Source: a virus | Length of the DNA: 64,000 nucleotides | IMG/VR virus record: IMGVR_UViG_3300025000_000078 | Location: 10,947-74,946 of that record | Direction: 5' to 3' (one strand) | Shown here: positions 1-9,958 of the stretch, piece by piece | Numbering within the stretch: position 1 is the stretch's first letter | Layout: each line of letters starts with the position of its first letter | The notes under the pieces: model-generated | What the model saw: the letters and a program-made list of their open reading frames with translations, nothing else | Told to the model about the DNA's origin: nothing | Databases searched by the model: none | Program-made: the position numbers and the translations under genes

Positions 1-319
1 CATATCTTAATTTTTCATTTGTAAGAAACTCTTTTCTAAACTTTCTAGTATCAAATTTAATATCTTTTAAACCTTCAATATATTTATAAGGGTTACGACC
101 AGCAATTAATTCATTATCTTCAGCAAATCTTAATTGAGTTAAAATAGGATCAAATCCAGTAGACTGGTCATAAATAAGATTTACAAATTGACCAGCTTTA
201 TTAGTTCTAGATTTTAAAAATTCAGCTCTTACACCAAAACCATCAAAACCATGTTCCTCTTTTTTAAACTTTTCTGAACCTAAAGCAATAAAATTTATTA
301 ATAAATTAGCATAATAGAT
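1..319 (-). CDS. uvsX: RecA/UvsX-like recombinase, exon 3 (runs off window start)
   Basis: Open frame IYYANLLINFIALGSEKFKKEEHGFDGFGVRAEFLKSRTNKAGQ... begins right after the intron terminal G at 320; it has no start codon of its own. Confidence 0.85.
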   Translation of the reverse strand, partial: MYYANLLINFIALGSEKFKKEEHGFDGFGVRAEFLKSRTNKAGQFVNLIYDQSTGFDPILTQLRFAEDNELIAGRNPYKYIEGLKDIKFDTRKFRKEFLTNEKLRY

Positions 320-727
320 CGATATATTCACATTGGTCGTCAGTCAATGCAGTTCTCTTATGAACTTCCCTAATTTTCACTAGGATACTAGACTATATCT
401 TCATCCTTAATACAATAATGTATTAAGGAGTTACCCATTTCGTAAAGAACTCTGAAAAGTTCACCTCACCATTATTGACTTGTGAGTCTACTCCTACTCT
501 ACTAAAAGTAGCGTCATCAGATAGTCGTTGAACTTTATTCTAATAATATTAATATATTAGAATCTTAGCTGCGGATTACCTAATTTCTTACCTTGTTACC
601 ATACCTAAGGCATTACCCTTCGCCACTATAATATTGCTATTATAGTTTGGTAGTAAGAGATTTAAAGGGCTTCCCCGACAATTAAAGTAGTATTAACATA
701 ATATTACTATTATGCCACCCTAAATTT
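320..727 (-). mobile_element. Group I intron (recA intron 2), ORF-less, family A
   Basis: Core elements on the minus strand: TTGTCGGGGAAG (P), AATCCGCAGCTAAG (Q), TTCAACGACTATC (R), AAGATATAGTCTAG (S). The upstream exon ends in U and pairs with intron GGGUG. The intron ends in G. Confidence 0.9.
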
Positions 728-742
728 AGGTGCATTCCCACC
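728..742 (-). CDS. uvsX: RecA/UvsX micro-exon 2 (15 nt, GGNAP)
   Basis: GGT GGG AAT GCA CCT lies between two introns and restores DQSIP-GGNAP-IYYA, matching the RecA PGGNALKFYA motif. Confidence 0.85.
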
Positions 743-1131
743 CGTAATGTTCACACTATTCGTTAGATAGTGCAGTTCTCCTATGAACTTCCCTAGAATT
801 TCCCTAGGATACCAGACTATATCATCATCTCTATATTTTCATATATAGATGCTTCCTATTTCGATTTAAGGGAATCTCACCCACTCACTTGAGCCCTACT
901 CCTATTGCTTATTTCAAAGCCAAGGGATAGTCGTTGAACCTTTCTCTAATAAATTAGAGGCTTGGCTGCGGATCACTCAATCCTAAAACATTATTACTAT
1001 ACCTTAGATAGTTAATCTAAGCCATTAATACATTACTATATTAATTTAGTAGTTTTAGGCTCTAAGAGATTCCCCGACAATTAAAGAAGTTATTCAACAT
1101 ACATTACTGTATGAGGACCCACAAATCTCGA
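743..1131 (-). mobile_element. Group I intron (recA intron 1), ORF-less, family A
   Basis: Same P/Q/R/S elements; exon ACCU pairs with intron GGGU; ends ...CATTACG. Confidence 0.9.
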
Positions 1132-1905
1132 AGGTATCGACTGGTCCATCTTCATATATAATAACTGTGGTTGTGTTTTATTCATTGGAGAAATTTCTAT
1201 TTTTTGATTAATATGATTTATTGCAATAACATTTATATTATATGCTTTTATAATTGGCATCAGTCTCTTATAGAATTGAGCTAATGCTTTAGCAACTCTA
1301 TTAGCATATGTTCCACCTTCCATTTCATTAGAAGTATCTTTTGAAGCAACAGTTGGGATTGAGTCAATAATCATAATCGTTGGAACAAAAGCTTTAATCG
1401 GTCTATTAAATTCATCGAATAATCCAGTATTATAAGTATAGTCTTTTCTATTAGCTTCTTTTTCCTGAGCTATTTCAACTATACTATTAAATATATCTTC
1501 AATATAATTTTTTTCTTGTTTTAATATATATTTATCATCAAGTTCTTGTTGTGTCATAGATGTTACATTTTTTATTCTGGTGTACGATAAAACTTGTTCT
1601 AAATCAAAATGTTGAACAAATGCATTATCATCAAATCTTCTAACAATATTAGCGGCAATTTGAATAGCAAAAGTAGTTTTAGCGGTACCAGATTTACCTA
1701 TGATTGTCATAAAAGTACCACCGACTATACCAATAGAAGAATATGTTGTTATTAAAGTTTCATCTAAACCTCTAACTTCAACCATATACCCATTCCTATA
1801 ATCAAATGGTACAAAACCTGTTGGATAACAAATCGATGTTTGTGTTGGATTAAATAAACCTTTTTTATCCTTTTCTCTTAATCTTGAAAGCATTTTATTA
1901 GCCAT
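1132..1905 (-). CDS. uvsX: RecA/UvsX-like recombinase, exon 1
   Basis: Walker A GKSGTAKTT, Walker B IMIIDS, IAINHI motif; the listed ORF reads through into the intron to a stop at 1090. Confidence 0.88.
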
Positions 1906-2034
1906 TTTTCTTTAACAATCCCCCTTTTTATTATTTACCCTTATATGATAGTTGTTCTAAATATAAAATTCTAAAAATATAAAAAAATAAAGAATGGAAT
2001 TTAACCATTCTTTATTTTTAATAAATTAGATAAT

Positions 2035-2967
2035 TTAATATTTTTGTTTTAAAATATTTCCGTTATTCAACATAATGAAGAATATCTTAAAATCATGTTC
2101 CAACAGAGATAACGCATTGGAGTAAAACTTTTTAACCCTATTGTTATAATACTCAGAGTCAACAAATAGAGTTACTGCATTAAATCTCTGTGCTTTTATT
2201 TCTTTAATAATATACGGTAATTCAATATTGTTAAATTCCACAATATTGAAAGCAGAAGTATTACTGAATTTTGGATGTAATTCACGTAATTTATTAACAT
2301 CCGACTTAAGTGCAAAAATGGTATGAGTAGGTCTACTTGGTCTGAAATTAGATATGATATACGGTCTATATTCTTTTTCATTCTTAGAATCTAGAATTTT
2401 TTTAGAATATACAACCTTGCCGACAACTTCCGTGATAATTTCAGTACCTTCAACAACGTCTTTAATCTCTTCATCATTAATGGTGACAGTATATACTACA
2501 TCTGATTTGGTGTATTTGTCATACAGTCTAATTTCTAGTGGTTTAGATCTTTTATTAACAGCTACAATAAGGGTTAGTTCACCATCAAGTAGATAATGTT
2601 CTAACACAGAGATGAAATCTTTACTAATACTGACAATCATCCTCTTACCAACATTCAAAGTGATTAACAAAATGTCGGTATTATGGTTATTTTTACTCTG
2701 AATTATAAACGGATTAAAATCCTTTTTCCCATGTATAAGACTTGTCAATTTTTCACTATCACCAAGAATAACAGGCTCTTTCATTTTAACAAGTTTTGAT
2801 ACAGTGTCACTATCCAGTGGTGTAACTATTTCTTTCATACAACGAATGAAACAATGCATGTCATTTACAGGCGAATCTTTTCTTTTAAAGAATGAACCAG
2901 TTCTCTCATTAAAATCATTATTATTTATCTCCCAAGGTCTCGGACTTTCGTTAAAAAGTAATATCAT
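2035..2967 (-). CDS. Hypothetical protein, tandem paralog of 3017-3928
   Basis: 310-aa ORF sharing LFN..PWEI, DFNPFI, RP.RPT and NA.TLF.D with its neighbour. Confidence 0.75.
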   Translation of the reverse strand: MILLFNESPRPWEINNNDFNERTGSFFKRKDSPVNDMHCFIRCMKEIVTPLDSDTVSKLVKMKEPVILGDSEKLTSLIHGKKDFNPFIIQSKNNHNTDILLITLNVGKRMIVSISKDFISVLEHYLLDGELTLIVAVNKRSKPLEIRLYDKYTKSDVVYTVTINDEEIKDVVEGTEIITEVVGKVVYSKKILDSKNEKEYRPYIISNFRPSRPTHTIFALKSDVNKLRELHPKFSNTSAFNIVEFNNIELPYIIKEIKAQRFNAVTLFVDSEYYNNRVKKFYSNALSLLEHDFKIFFIMLNNGNILKQKY

Positions 2968-3016
2968 GTTTATCTCTCCCCTATTTTATTATTTTTTATC
3001 TTTTAATTACATTTTT

Positions 3017-3928
3017 TTAATATTTATATTGTACTATGGAACCAGTGTTTAATAAAATAAACACTACTCTGAACTTTGATGTGAGTTCTTTTAGTATTAC
3101 CTTATATCTATCTTCTTCTTCATAATGATCAGCATCAATAAATAAAGTTATAGCATTATATTGTTTATCTTTTATTTCTTCTATTATGTCTCTGACATTT
3201 TCAAGTTTTTCATCCCAAAAAGTATACATATTATGATATTGTAAACTATTTCTGTAAAATTTTTCAATTACATTTTCCAATCTCGGATATATATCAACGG
3301 AACATATAATTATCTGTGTAGGTCTCTTCGGTCTATTGTTTTTTATTTTTATAGGTGTTGGTACATAAGATAGATTTAATCTCTGTATATTTTTCATACA
3401 GGTTAAATCAAGATTTTGATTATAAAATATAATATATTCTATAATTTCTTTCTCTTTTTTATCATAAAGAGAAATTATAAATTCAGAATCTATTGTATCC
3501 TCCATTGATAACACTATACTTAGGTGATGTCTATTGAGAATATGTTCAATAATAAAATTTCTACCCATTTCCATATCAAAAGCAATTTTACCATTAATTT
3601 CTAAACTTAATAATAAAACATTTCTGTTTTTACCGTCGTATATCGAATGTTTAATAAATGGATTAAAATCTTTATGACCAAATACAACGCTGGTATTGTC
3701 ATCACAAATTTTAACAACATCTTCAGTTTTAGAAAAATTATTAACATGTGTTTTTATTTTTTCTAAAAAATCTCTCTCATATGACGTTATTGATATACCA
3801 CAATTATAATGAGGCTTTATATTATCTTTGTTTTTGACTATTCCATAATCCTTAGAAATTCTTAAATGTTTTTCCCCTTCTCTGGATATTTCCCAAGGGG
3901 TTTTTGTATTATTAAACAAATAAATCAT
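3017..3928 (-). CDS. Hypothetical protein, tandem paralog of 2035-2967
   Basis: 303-aa ORF with RBS and the shared motifs above. Confidence 0.75.
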   Translation of the reverse strand: MIYLFNNTKTPWEISREGEKHLRISKDYGIVKNKDNIKPHYNCGISITSYERDFLEKIKTHVNNFSKTEDVVKICDDNTSVVFGHKDFNPFIKHSIYDGKNRNVLLLSLEINGKIAFDMEMGRNFIIEHILNRHHLSIVLSMEDTIDSEFIISLYDKKEKEIIEYIIFYNQNLDLTCMKNIQRLNLSYVPTPIKIKNNRPKRPTQIIICSVDIYPRLENVIEKFYRNSLQYHNMYTFWDEKLENVRDIIEEIKDKQYNAITLFIDADHYEEEDRYKVILKELTSKFRVVFILLNTGSIVQYKY

Positions 3929-3996
3929 TATACTCCGCCTTCTCTCTATTTTATTTTACCAATCTTTTCTATTTAATAATTTTGTTTATTTACAAA

Positions 3997-4353
3997 TTAT
4001 TTTTTAATTGAAACTTCATCATAAAAATGAATAAATATTTTGTATTTACCAATACATAAGACATTATCTGATGGAAGTTTATTCCAATCAGAACAAATCT
4101 CTCTAATTATATTTTTTATTTTATAAAACACTTCAACATTTTCTTGTATTAATACATTAATAAAACCATAAGCAGAACTATTATTTTCCTCAATAATACA
4201 AGATTCATAATGACTAAAAAACAATTCATTTATTTCTTCTGTAAGTTTTAAGTATTGTAATAATCTTTTATATACTGATAATTTTAAACCTTCTCCTAGT
4301 CTATTAAAATAAAAAGCACCATCGTATTTACCTTCATTTAACATATTTATCAT
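3997..4353 (-). CDS. Hypothetical protein
   Basis: 118-aa ORF with AAAGGA RBS. Confidence 0.65.
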   Translation of the reverse strand: MINMLNEGKYDGAFYFNRLGEGLKLSVYKRLLQYLKLTEEINELFFSHYESCIIEENNSSAYGFINVLIQENVEVFYKIKNIIREICSDWNKLPSDNVLCIGKYKIFIHFYDEVSIKK

Positions 4354-4374
4354 TTATCCTTTCTAAAATAAATT

Positions 4375-4406
4375 TAATATAAGGTTGATTAATCAACCTT
4401 ATATTA
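4375..4406. terminator. Intergenic hairpin, probable intrinsic terminator
   Basis: Inverted repeat TAATATAAGGTTGAT / ATCAACCTTATATTA just after the stop of 4418-5272. Confidence 0.6.
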
Positions 4407-4417
4407 AATATTATTTT

Positions 4418-5272
4418 TTATAGAAATTTCTTATTTTTCATATTAGAAATAACGTCTGATACTTTCGGATATGTTTCAGAACTTATCTGTGTAAATTGAA
4501 TCCGACGAGCACTATCTTTACCTCGTTTATCATCTCTTTCACGGCGGTCAATAAAATAGGTAAGCCTTTCTTTAATTTCTTTCTTTTTACATTCTTCAAG
4601 ATAAGAAAGAATAAAGTTAGTTAAAATATTCCACGTTACCATCTGCTTATCATCCAAATGACGGATAATATCTTTACGCTCTAAAGATATCTCCATCACA
4701 ACAATATTAAGAAATTCTTCATTGAATAACAACATGAAGAGTTTCTTCAATATTTTATTGTCAAGTTTCAATTCAACATCTTTACTCATAGCGTACATTT
4801 TACGAATTAATCGCTGTACGTATATGCCGACAACCCTTTCATTTTCAACCATATCCCTAGATGGTAAAATAGCCAGTAATTCCTTAATTGTACTTTCATC
4901 TAAATCAACTTTCTTCTTTATCTTTTTAACTTTCTTTTTAAGTAAATCATCAATTATACTACAATAAATTTCATTTACATCATTTTCAACTTTCCCATGG
5001 TTTCTCTCCAGGAAGTTATAAATTAATACAACTACCGCCAAGTCCTGGTCATTGTCTTTATTATCTTTAATGACCTTCTTCAAAGTTTTAGCAAATTTTA
5101 AATCCATCATTTTCTCAAATATGACGGATACTATGTCCTGCTCTTTAAAACCTCTTTTAATATAAAAGCTTGTGAGGTCTGAAAGGTTATCGGAGATAAC
5201 ACGAATCCTCTCATCTTTATTCATTTTCTTAGGTTTCCATTCTTTCAATAAATCTTTTACTGACATTATCAT
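4418..5272 (-). CDS. Hypothetical protein
   Basis: 284-aa ORF with AGGAGG RBS; both promoter motifs lie upstream. Confidence 0.75.
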   Translation of the reverse strand: MIMSVKDLLKEWKPKKMNKDERIRVISDNLSDLTSFYIKRGFKEQDIVSVIFEKMMDLKFAKTLKKVIKDNKDNDQDLAVVVLIYNFLERNHGKVENDVNEIYCSIIDDLLKKKVKKIKKKVDLDESTIKELLAILPSRDMVENERVVGIYVQRLIRKMYAMSKDVELKLDNKILKKLFMLLFNEEFLNIVVMEISLERKDIIRHLDDKQMVTWNILTNFILSYLEECKKKEIKERLTYFIDRRERDDKRGKDSARRIQFTQISSETYPKVSDVISNMKNKKFL

Positions 5273-5476
5273 ATTCCTCCTTTTAAATTTTACAATAAGT
5301 TTCTAATATTAATTTGTTGTTTATTTACAAATTAATTTTTAAAATATCCACTCCTTAAAAATTTATTCCGTATACTTAAAAATAATATATATTTATAAAT
5401 TAAATATAATTTTTATGTAATAATAAAAAAATAGATATTGGATTATTATTACCCATATCTATTTTATATAACTAAT

Positions 5477-6175
5477 TTAAATAGCAGTTTCTAAAGTATA
5501 AATCACATCTTTATCTGGAGAATTAAATAATAATGGAATATCATTCGATATATTTAAAGCTGGACGAACACCATGAAACATATTACTACTAGAATCATAT
5601 AAATATCCTAAATGATTGATATAAAGTAGTCCCTCTGAAGAGCAACGTAACCACCACGCCCAACCATCATCTTTTTTTATTTTTATTTTATTAATTGTGC
5701 AATTACTTTCTTTAAAACATTGTTCAGATAAAGGTGTTATAAAACTTTTTGATCCATCAAAGATAGGTAAACGAACACCTTTTTTAATAAGTCCTATTTC
5801 TACTAATGATAAAAGAAATACTTTATCTATCAGTTCATCATATTTATATTTACAAGGATCATCATCTGATATGATTTCAACATTAGTATCTAAAATTTTA
5901 GAAAATTCTTCGGTAGTAAAATGACTTAAAAATCCTGAAACAGTATTCAACCAATTACGTATATCAGAATTAGTGTATGAAGTTAATTTATCTTTTGAAA
6001 AAGGACGTAAATCAATGATTCTATCTGTTAATAAAGTAACTGAATTTTCAGGATAACCAGGATGGTTCTTAGCAGCAATTCTCCAAATAATAGGTGAAAC
6101 CTCATTATCACCAACTTTATAACTACCAAATCTAATCTTATCACCAATACCTAATTCATTAACTAATTTAGACAT
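5477..6175 (-). CDS. DUF6273-like protein
   Basis: PIIWRI, Y..SDIR.WLN, DKVFLLS, WWLR and GVRPAL motifs. Confidence 0.65.
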   Translation of the reverse strand: MSKLVNELGIGDKIRFGSYKVGDNEVSPIIWRIAAKNHPGYPENSVTLLTDRIIDLRPFSKDKLTSYTNSDIRNWLNTVSGFLSHFTTEEFSKILDTNVEIISDDDPCKYKYDELIDKVFLLSLVEIGLIKKGVRLPIFDGSKSFITPLSEQCFKESNCTINKIKIKKDDGWAWWLRCSSEGLLYINHLGYLYDSSSNMFHGVRPALNISNDIPLLFNSPDKDVIYTLETAI

Positions 6176-6267
6176 TGATATACCTCCTATTTTTTATTTT
6201 TAAATAATTTTATTCGGTATAAATTAGATTATAAAATTTACACCGAATAAAATATAATAGTATTATA

Positions 6268-6708
6268 TTATAATGTTAATGAAGTTATTTGTACAAAATC
6301 AGCTGATTCTGAATAATAACCATTAGATGTACCATACCAACTAATTGTCACATATCCTTTTATTGTTGCAAGTTTATAGAATGTCCAACTATAACTTGTT
6401 TCCCCATCATCTTTATTACCAGAATCACTTGTTTCTTCGGCCATTAAGATAGGTGAATCAATCAAATCTTCAATATTTCCAATTATATCATGCATATCAA
6501 CTGATTCACAACACAACTGACAATGAAACATAGAATAAATTGCACCATCCGAACAGTAGAAATTTATTTTTTCACTACTTTTATCGATATCAATTTTAGT
6601 TAAGGTTTTTCCAATAAGTTCATTGAAGGGTAATGTAATAAAGTATTCTTCACAGTTAACAACTATTTTTTTCAATTTTTTATTTTTTTTCTTTTTCAAT
6701 AGTTTCAC
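6268..6708 (-). CDS. Conserved phage hypothetical protein
   Basis: CCESV...[11 protein letters not shown]...WYG.SNGYYSE pattern typical of a widespread phage family. Confidence 0.65.
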   Translation of the reverse strand: MKLLKKKKNKKLKKIVVNCEEYFITLPFNELIGKTLTKIDIDKSSEKINFYCSDGAIYSMFHCQLCCESVDMHDIIGNIEDLIDSPILMAEETSDSGNKDDGETSYSWTFYKLATIKGYVTISWYGTSNGYYSESADFVQITSLTL

Positions 6709-6828
6709 CCCTAATATAAAATTTTAATTTCTTTAATTATAATATATATTTATATTCTCTTTTTATATGTTCCTAAAAATATAAAAAATAATAAGATGTG
6801 TCTTTTAAACACATCTTATTATAAAATT

Positions 6829-6988
6829 ATTTACTTAGATTTTCTAAATTAGTTTTTACAGATGATTCAATTAAAGTCTCTAGTTCATCTTTTTTCTTAA
6901 CTTTTTTCTTTGTTGGATCTTTAATATCAAGTCCAGCAAAGACACCAACTTCAGTTATTATACATAAATCTTCTTCCTTATTTAACAT
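6829..6988 (-). CDS. Small hypothetical protein (about 53 aa)
   Basis: AGGAGGTG RBS followed by ATG TTA AAT AAG GAA...; below the ORF-track cutoff; coordinates approximate. Confidence 0.5.
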
Positions 6989-7004
6989 TTTATTCACCTC
7001 CTTA

Positions 7005-7202
7005 TTATTTTAAAGATTTCTTAACTAACAAACCTTTTGTAACTAGGTCAGACAAAATTCCCATTGATATTAAGTGAACATCAATTAAATTTAAAGTCAC
7101 TTTATTTTCAACGTTATTAGTTAAACTATTTAAAGAAACAAAACCTTTTTGTGCTATTTGTGCATACATTTCATTTTTCATGACCATATCATCTGATCTA
7201 GG
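7005..7202 (-). CDS. rpoB: RNA polymerase beta C-terminal fragment, exon 2
   Basis: PRSDDMVMKNEMY corresponds to beta KSDD...MY; starts after the terminal G at 7203. Confidence 0.8.
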   Translation of the reverse strand, partial: PRSDDMVMKNEMYAQIAQKGFVSLNSLTNNVENKVTLNLIDVHLISMGILSDLVTKGLLVKKSLK

Positions 7203-8183
7203 CGATATATTCACATAGGTCGTTAATCTATGCAGTTCTCTTATGAACTTCCTTATCTTTCGATAAGATACTAGACTATATCATTAACCTAATAACTTTC
7301 ATTAGGTTACTTCCCATTTCGATTTAAGGGATTTTCACCCACTCACTTGAGCCCTACTCCTATTGTGTATTTTAACACTAGGATAGTCGTTGAACTTTAT
7401 TCTTATTTTCAATTTTATAATTTTTCGAAATATGATCCCATTTACCATATTTTATCCCATCTATTAAACTATAAAAACTATTATTATCTTTTCTTTTTTT
7501 ATAGCCATAGATATGCATTATTTGCATTTGAGTAAGTCCTTTCTCAAGATATTTACAAATATCTTCTACTATCTCTTCCGAATATTTAGCATAATAATTT
7601 AAACTACCTTTACAACCAAATCTACTTTTACTATGAATTAAACTAAATTCATTATTTTCTTTGGTTGTAACCCATTCAAGATTCTCATAATAATTATTAA
7701 ATGTGCATGTGTCTTTATGATTTACATTCGTTCTTTTTTGTTCTTTATTATAACCATTAACAAATTCCCATGCAACAAGTCTATGGGTTCCAACAATTTT
7801 TACTTTTTTAGTTTCACCAATTAAAACTGAGTATAAATATCCTTTTTTATCAGAATATGGATTTATTATTTTATTGATGTGTATATCTTTAACTTTACCA
7901 AAATTACTTATTAAGTAGCTATTTTTTTTAATAAATGGGTATGTGATAATTCGAAAAATTTCTTTATCTTTTTTAATAATTATATACATTTATTATCATC
8001 CTTTTTAAAATAAATTAAATAAATGTATAATAATATATTAAAAAAAATACTTAATTAATAAATAAGAATCTTAGCTGCGGATTACTCAATCTTTTTATTA
8101 TATAATAAAAAGCTCTAAGAGCTTCCCCGACAATTAAAGAAGTTTTCTATATATGTTACCATATATAGGGGCTAAGCTATGTA
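7203..8183 (-). mobile_element. Group I intron with HNH endonuclease ORF, family A
   Basis: P1: exon GGGU pairs with intron GCCC. P/Q/R/S elements present, with the ORF between Q and R. Ends ATATATCG. Confidence 0.9.
7378..7989 (-). CDS. Intron-encoded HNH homing endonuclease (NUMOD4-HNH-HTH type)
   Basis: YLISNFG, HRLVA, VNHKD...NNYYENLEWVT..EN; the C-terminal VQRL overlaps the intron R element. Confidence 0.88.
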   Translation of the reverse strand: MYIIIKKDKEIFRIITYPFIKKNSYLISNFGKVKDIHINKIINPYSDKKGYLYSVLIGETKKVKIVGTHRLVAWEFVNGYNKEQKRTNVNHKDTCTFNNYYENLEWVTTKENNEFSLIHSKSRFGCKGSLNYYAKYSEEIVEDICKYLEKGLTQMQIMHIYGYKKRKDNNSFYSLIDGIKYGKWDHISKNYKIENKNKVQRLS

Positions 8184-8705
8184 ACCCATAAATTCACGTA
8201 ATGCATCAATAGCATCAACAGATAATAATGAAAAATTTTCTTGATCGGATTCTCTAGCATTTTTATCTTCCCCAACAACTTGACCTGTCATTGCAGAACG
8301 ACTTGAACTTTTCAATGATAAAGTATTTTTTTTACTTAATAGTTGTTGCATTCTTTTAACATGAACATACCCAACAGGTACTTCATATTTAATAACAATA
8401 GGATTTTCTATACTATTATTAACAAAAGGCACTACTACTTTTTCAAATAAAGGTATGTCTAAGATTTTAGCTGCTTTTTCTATATTTTCGATAGTTAGAT
8501 CTCTTTCATAATCAACCATATCTAGAATAAGATATTGTTCATCATCTTTAAAAAATTCTTTAAAGAAAATATTAAATTGTATATCACTCATTGGTTGAAA
8601 TAATTCTTTATATTTTTTAGTATTAATACCTGTTGGGTCTAATTCATTAAATGTTTCATAGATTACTTTTTCCATTTTTTTTCTCTTATCTTTATTTATA
8701 GTCAT
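8184..8705 (-). CDS. rpoB: RNA polymerase beta C-terminal fragment, exon 1 (probably virion RNAP)
   Basis: PVGYVHVKRMQQ...RSAMTGQ...RESDQE..SL...ALREFMG parallels the beta C-terminal GY.YMLKL...TQQP...RFGEME...LQEML region; a late promoter lies upstream. Confidence 0.8.
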
Positions 8706-8739
8706 CTTCCCCCTTACTATAAAAATACATATACATCTT

Positions 8740-8778
8740 TAAAAATTTGTTCTGTAAATATGAAAAAACAATTATTTA
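8740..8778. promoter_or_regulatory. Divergent pair of AR9-type late promoters (AACA-N6-TA)
   Basis: Minus copy 8740-8751 and plus copy 8767-8778, each pointing at a start codon. Confidence 0.65.
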
Positions 8779-8804
8779 AAATAAAAAAGGGGTGAGATTT
8801 TATA

Positions 8805-9242
8805 ATGAAAAAAAATATTCTTATTATTAAAAGAGAACTTAATATAATAAAATTAGATTACTTAGATGAAAATAAAAATATTATTGATAAAATATCGTAT
8901 CAAATAAAAAATATGGGTTATGAAGCATTTGATGATTTCAAAAACACAATAGTACCTTTTTTTAAAAAATATTTCAAAGATTCTGAAATAATATTTTTAA
9001 ATGAACGACATTTATTAACTTTATTTGTAAAATTATTAAAAATCTGTATTAAAGATGATAAAATACCTCCAATGAAAGCTAATATTGATGAAAGAAAAAG
9101 ACATTATTTTGTAAATATTTATAAAGAAAAAGATATTAATGAGACAATTATTGAATCAAATAGAAATATGACATTTAATTTATTTAGATATTTTGATTAT
9201 CTAGTATTAAAATACTGCTGGTTTGATATAGGGAAAAGATAA
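8805..9242 (+). CDS. Hypothetical protein
   Basis: 145-aa ORF with RBS and late promoter. Confidence 0.65.
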   Translation: MKKNILIIKRELNIIKLDYLDENKNIIDKISYQIKNMGYEAFDDFKNTIVPFFKKYFKDSEIIFLNERHLLTLFVKLLKICIKDDKIPPMKANIDERKRHYFVNIYKEKDINETIIESNRNMTFNLFRYFDYLVLKYCWFDIGKR

Positions 9243-9246
9243 ATGA

Positions 9247-9282
9247 AATTACTAATGTGATATTATATCACATTAGTAATTT
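9247..9282. terminator. Bidirectional terminator hairpin
   Basis: AATTACTAATGTGATA / TATCACATTAGTAATT between convergent genes. Confidence 0.7.
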
Positions 9283-9305
9283 ATATTTTTTCATTAAAAA
9301 TATTA

Positions 9306-9524
9306 CTAACTAACAAGAGGAATATATGCTATTGTTTCATCATACTCCTGTTGAGTTATCCAGCCTTTATTCAAGGCACAATCAATTTGTAATCTACTAT
9401 AAGTAATAGCAGCATATTCTTTTACTGGTTCAACATATTCTACGGGGATTTCTGTAAAAAGTGTATTCCCATAAAGGTAAATATTTCTTGTAAAGGTAGA
9501 TGTCCTAAAAGGTAAAACTGGCAT
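9306..9524 (-). CDS. Small tail-fibre-associated protein (CD1375/XkdX-like)
   Basis: EIP.EY.EPV and GWIT..EY motifs; lies downstream of the fibre gene. Confidence 0.5.
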   Translation of the reverse strand: MPVLPFRTSTFTRNIYLYGNTLFTEIPVEYVEPVKEYAAITYSRLQIDCALNKGWITQQEYDETIAYIPLVS

Positions 9525-9536
9525 ATTTATTCTCCT

Positions 9537-9923
9537 TTATACCACTGGGTTTTCTGAAAAATAAAAATTCATAAATTCTTGAAAATCTGCATTTGTTTGT
9601 GCTAATTGTGTTTCTAACATAGCAATTTTTTCTTCCTGGGTTATTTGTTGTGGTTCAACCGGAGGTTTTAAATTAATAATATAGTTAGCTGTTATTTGAG
9701 TTGTTTCAACTACATAATTTGGTCCTTGCAATACCTCAGTTTCATTATTATATTGTGGGATATTTTCAATTAAAGGAAGCCAACCTTCCTCTATAAGAAT
9801 TCCTTCTGGTAACAAGTTGTATCCAGAAACACTATTACCATTTTTTAAAGTACCAATAGAAGGTAAACCTACTACAACATTTCCATTTTCTACACGTCCG
9901 TACTTCATAAAGTACCCTCCCAA
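9537..9923 (-). CDS. Putative tail fibre assembly/chaperone protein
   Basis: L..EGWLP motif plus C-terminal coiled coil; in the fibre operon. Confidence 0.5.
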   Translation of the reverse strand: MGGYFMKYGRVENGNVVVGLPSIGTLKNGNSVSGYNLLPEGILIEEGWLPLIENIPQYNNETEVLQGPNYVVETTQITANYIINLKPPVEPQQITQEEKIAMLETQLAQTNADFQEFMNFYFSENPVV

Positions 9924-9958
9924 AGTAATATTTAAATTATATAATATAAATTAATATT

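Noticed and set aside
320-400. IStron (intron-IS605 hybrid), suggested by the conserved 3' hairpins
   Set aside because: No tnpA/tnpB, no common target motif upstream of the insertions, and the IGS differs at each site.
700-716. Nine-base complementarity between the recA intron 2 5' region and the start of exon 3
   Set aside because: The segment is already explained as the P2 stem, and the match is plausible by chance in AT-rich sequence.
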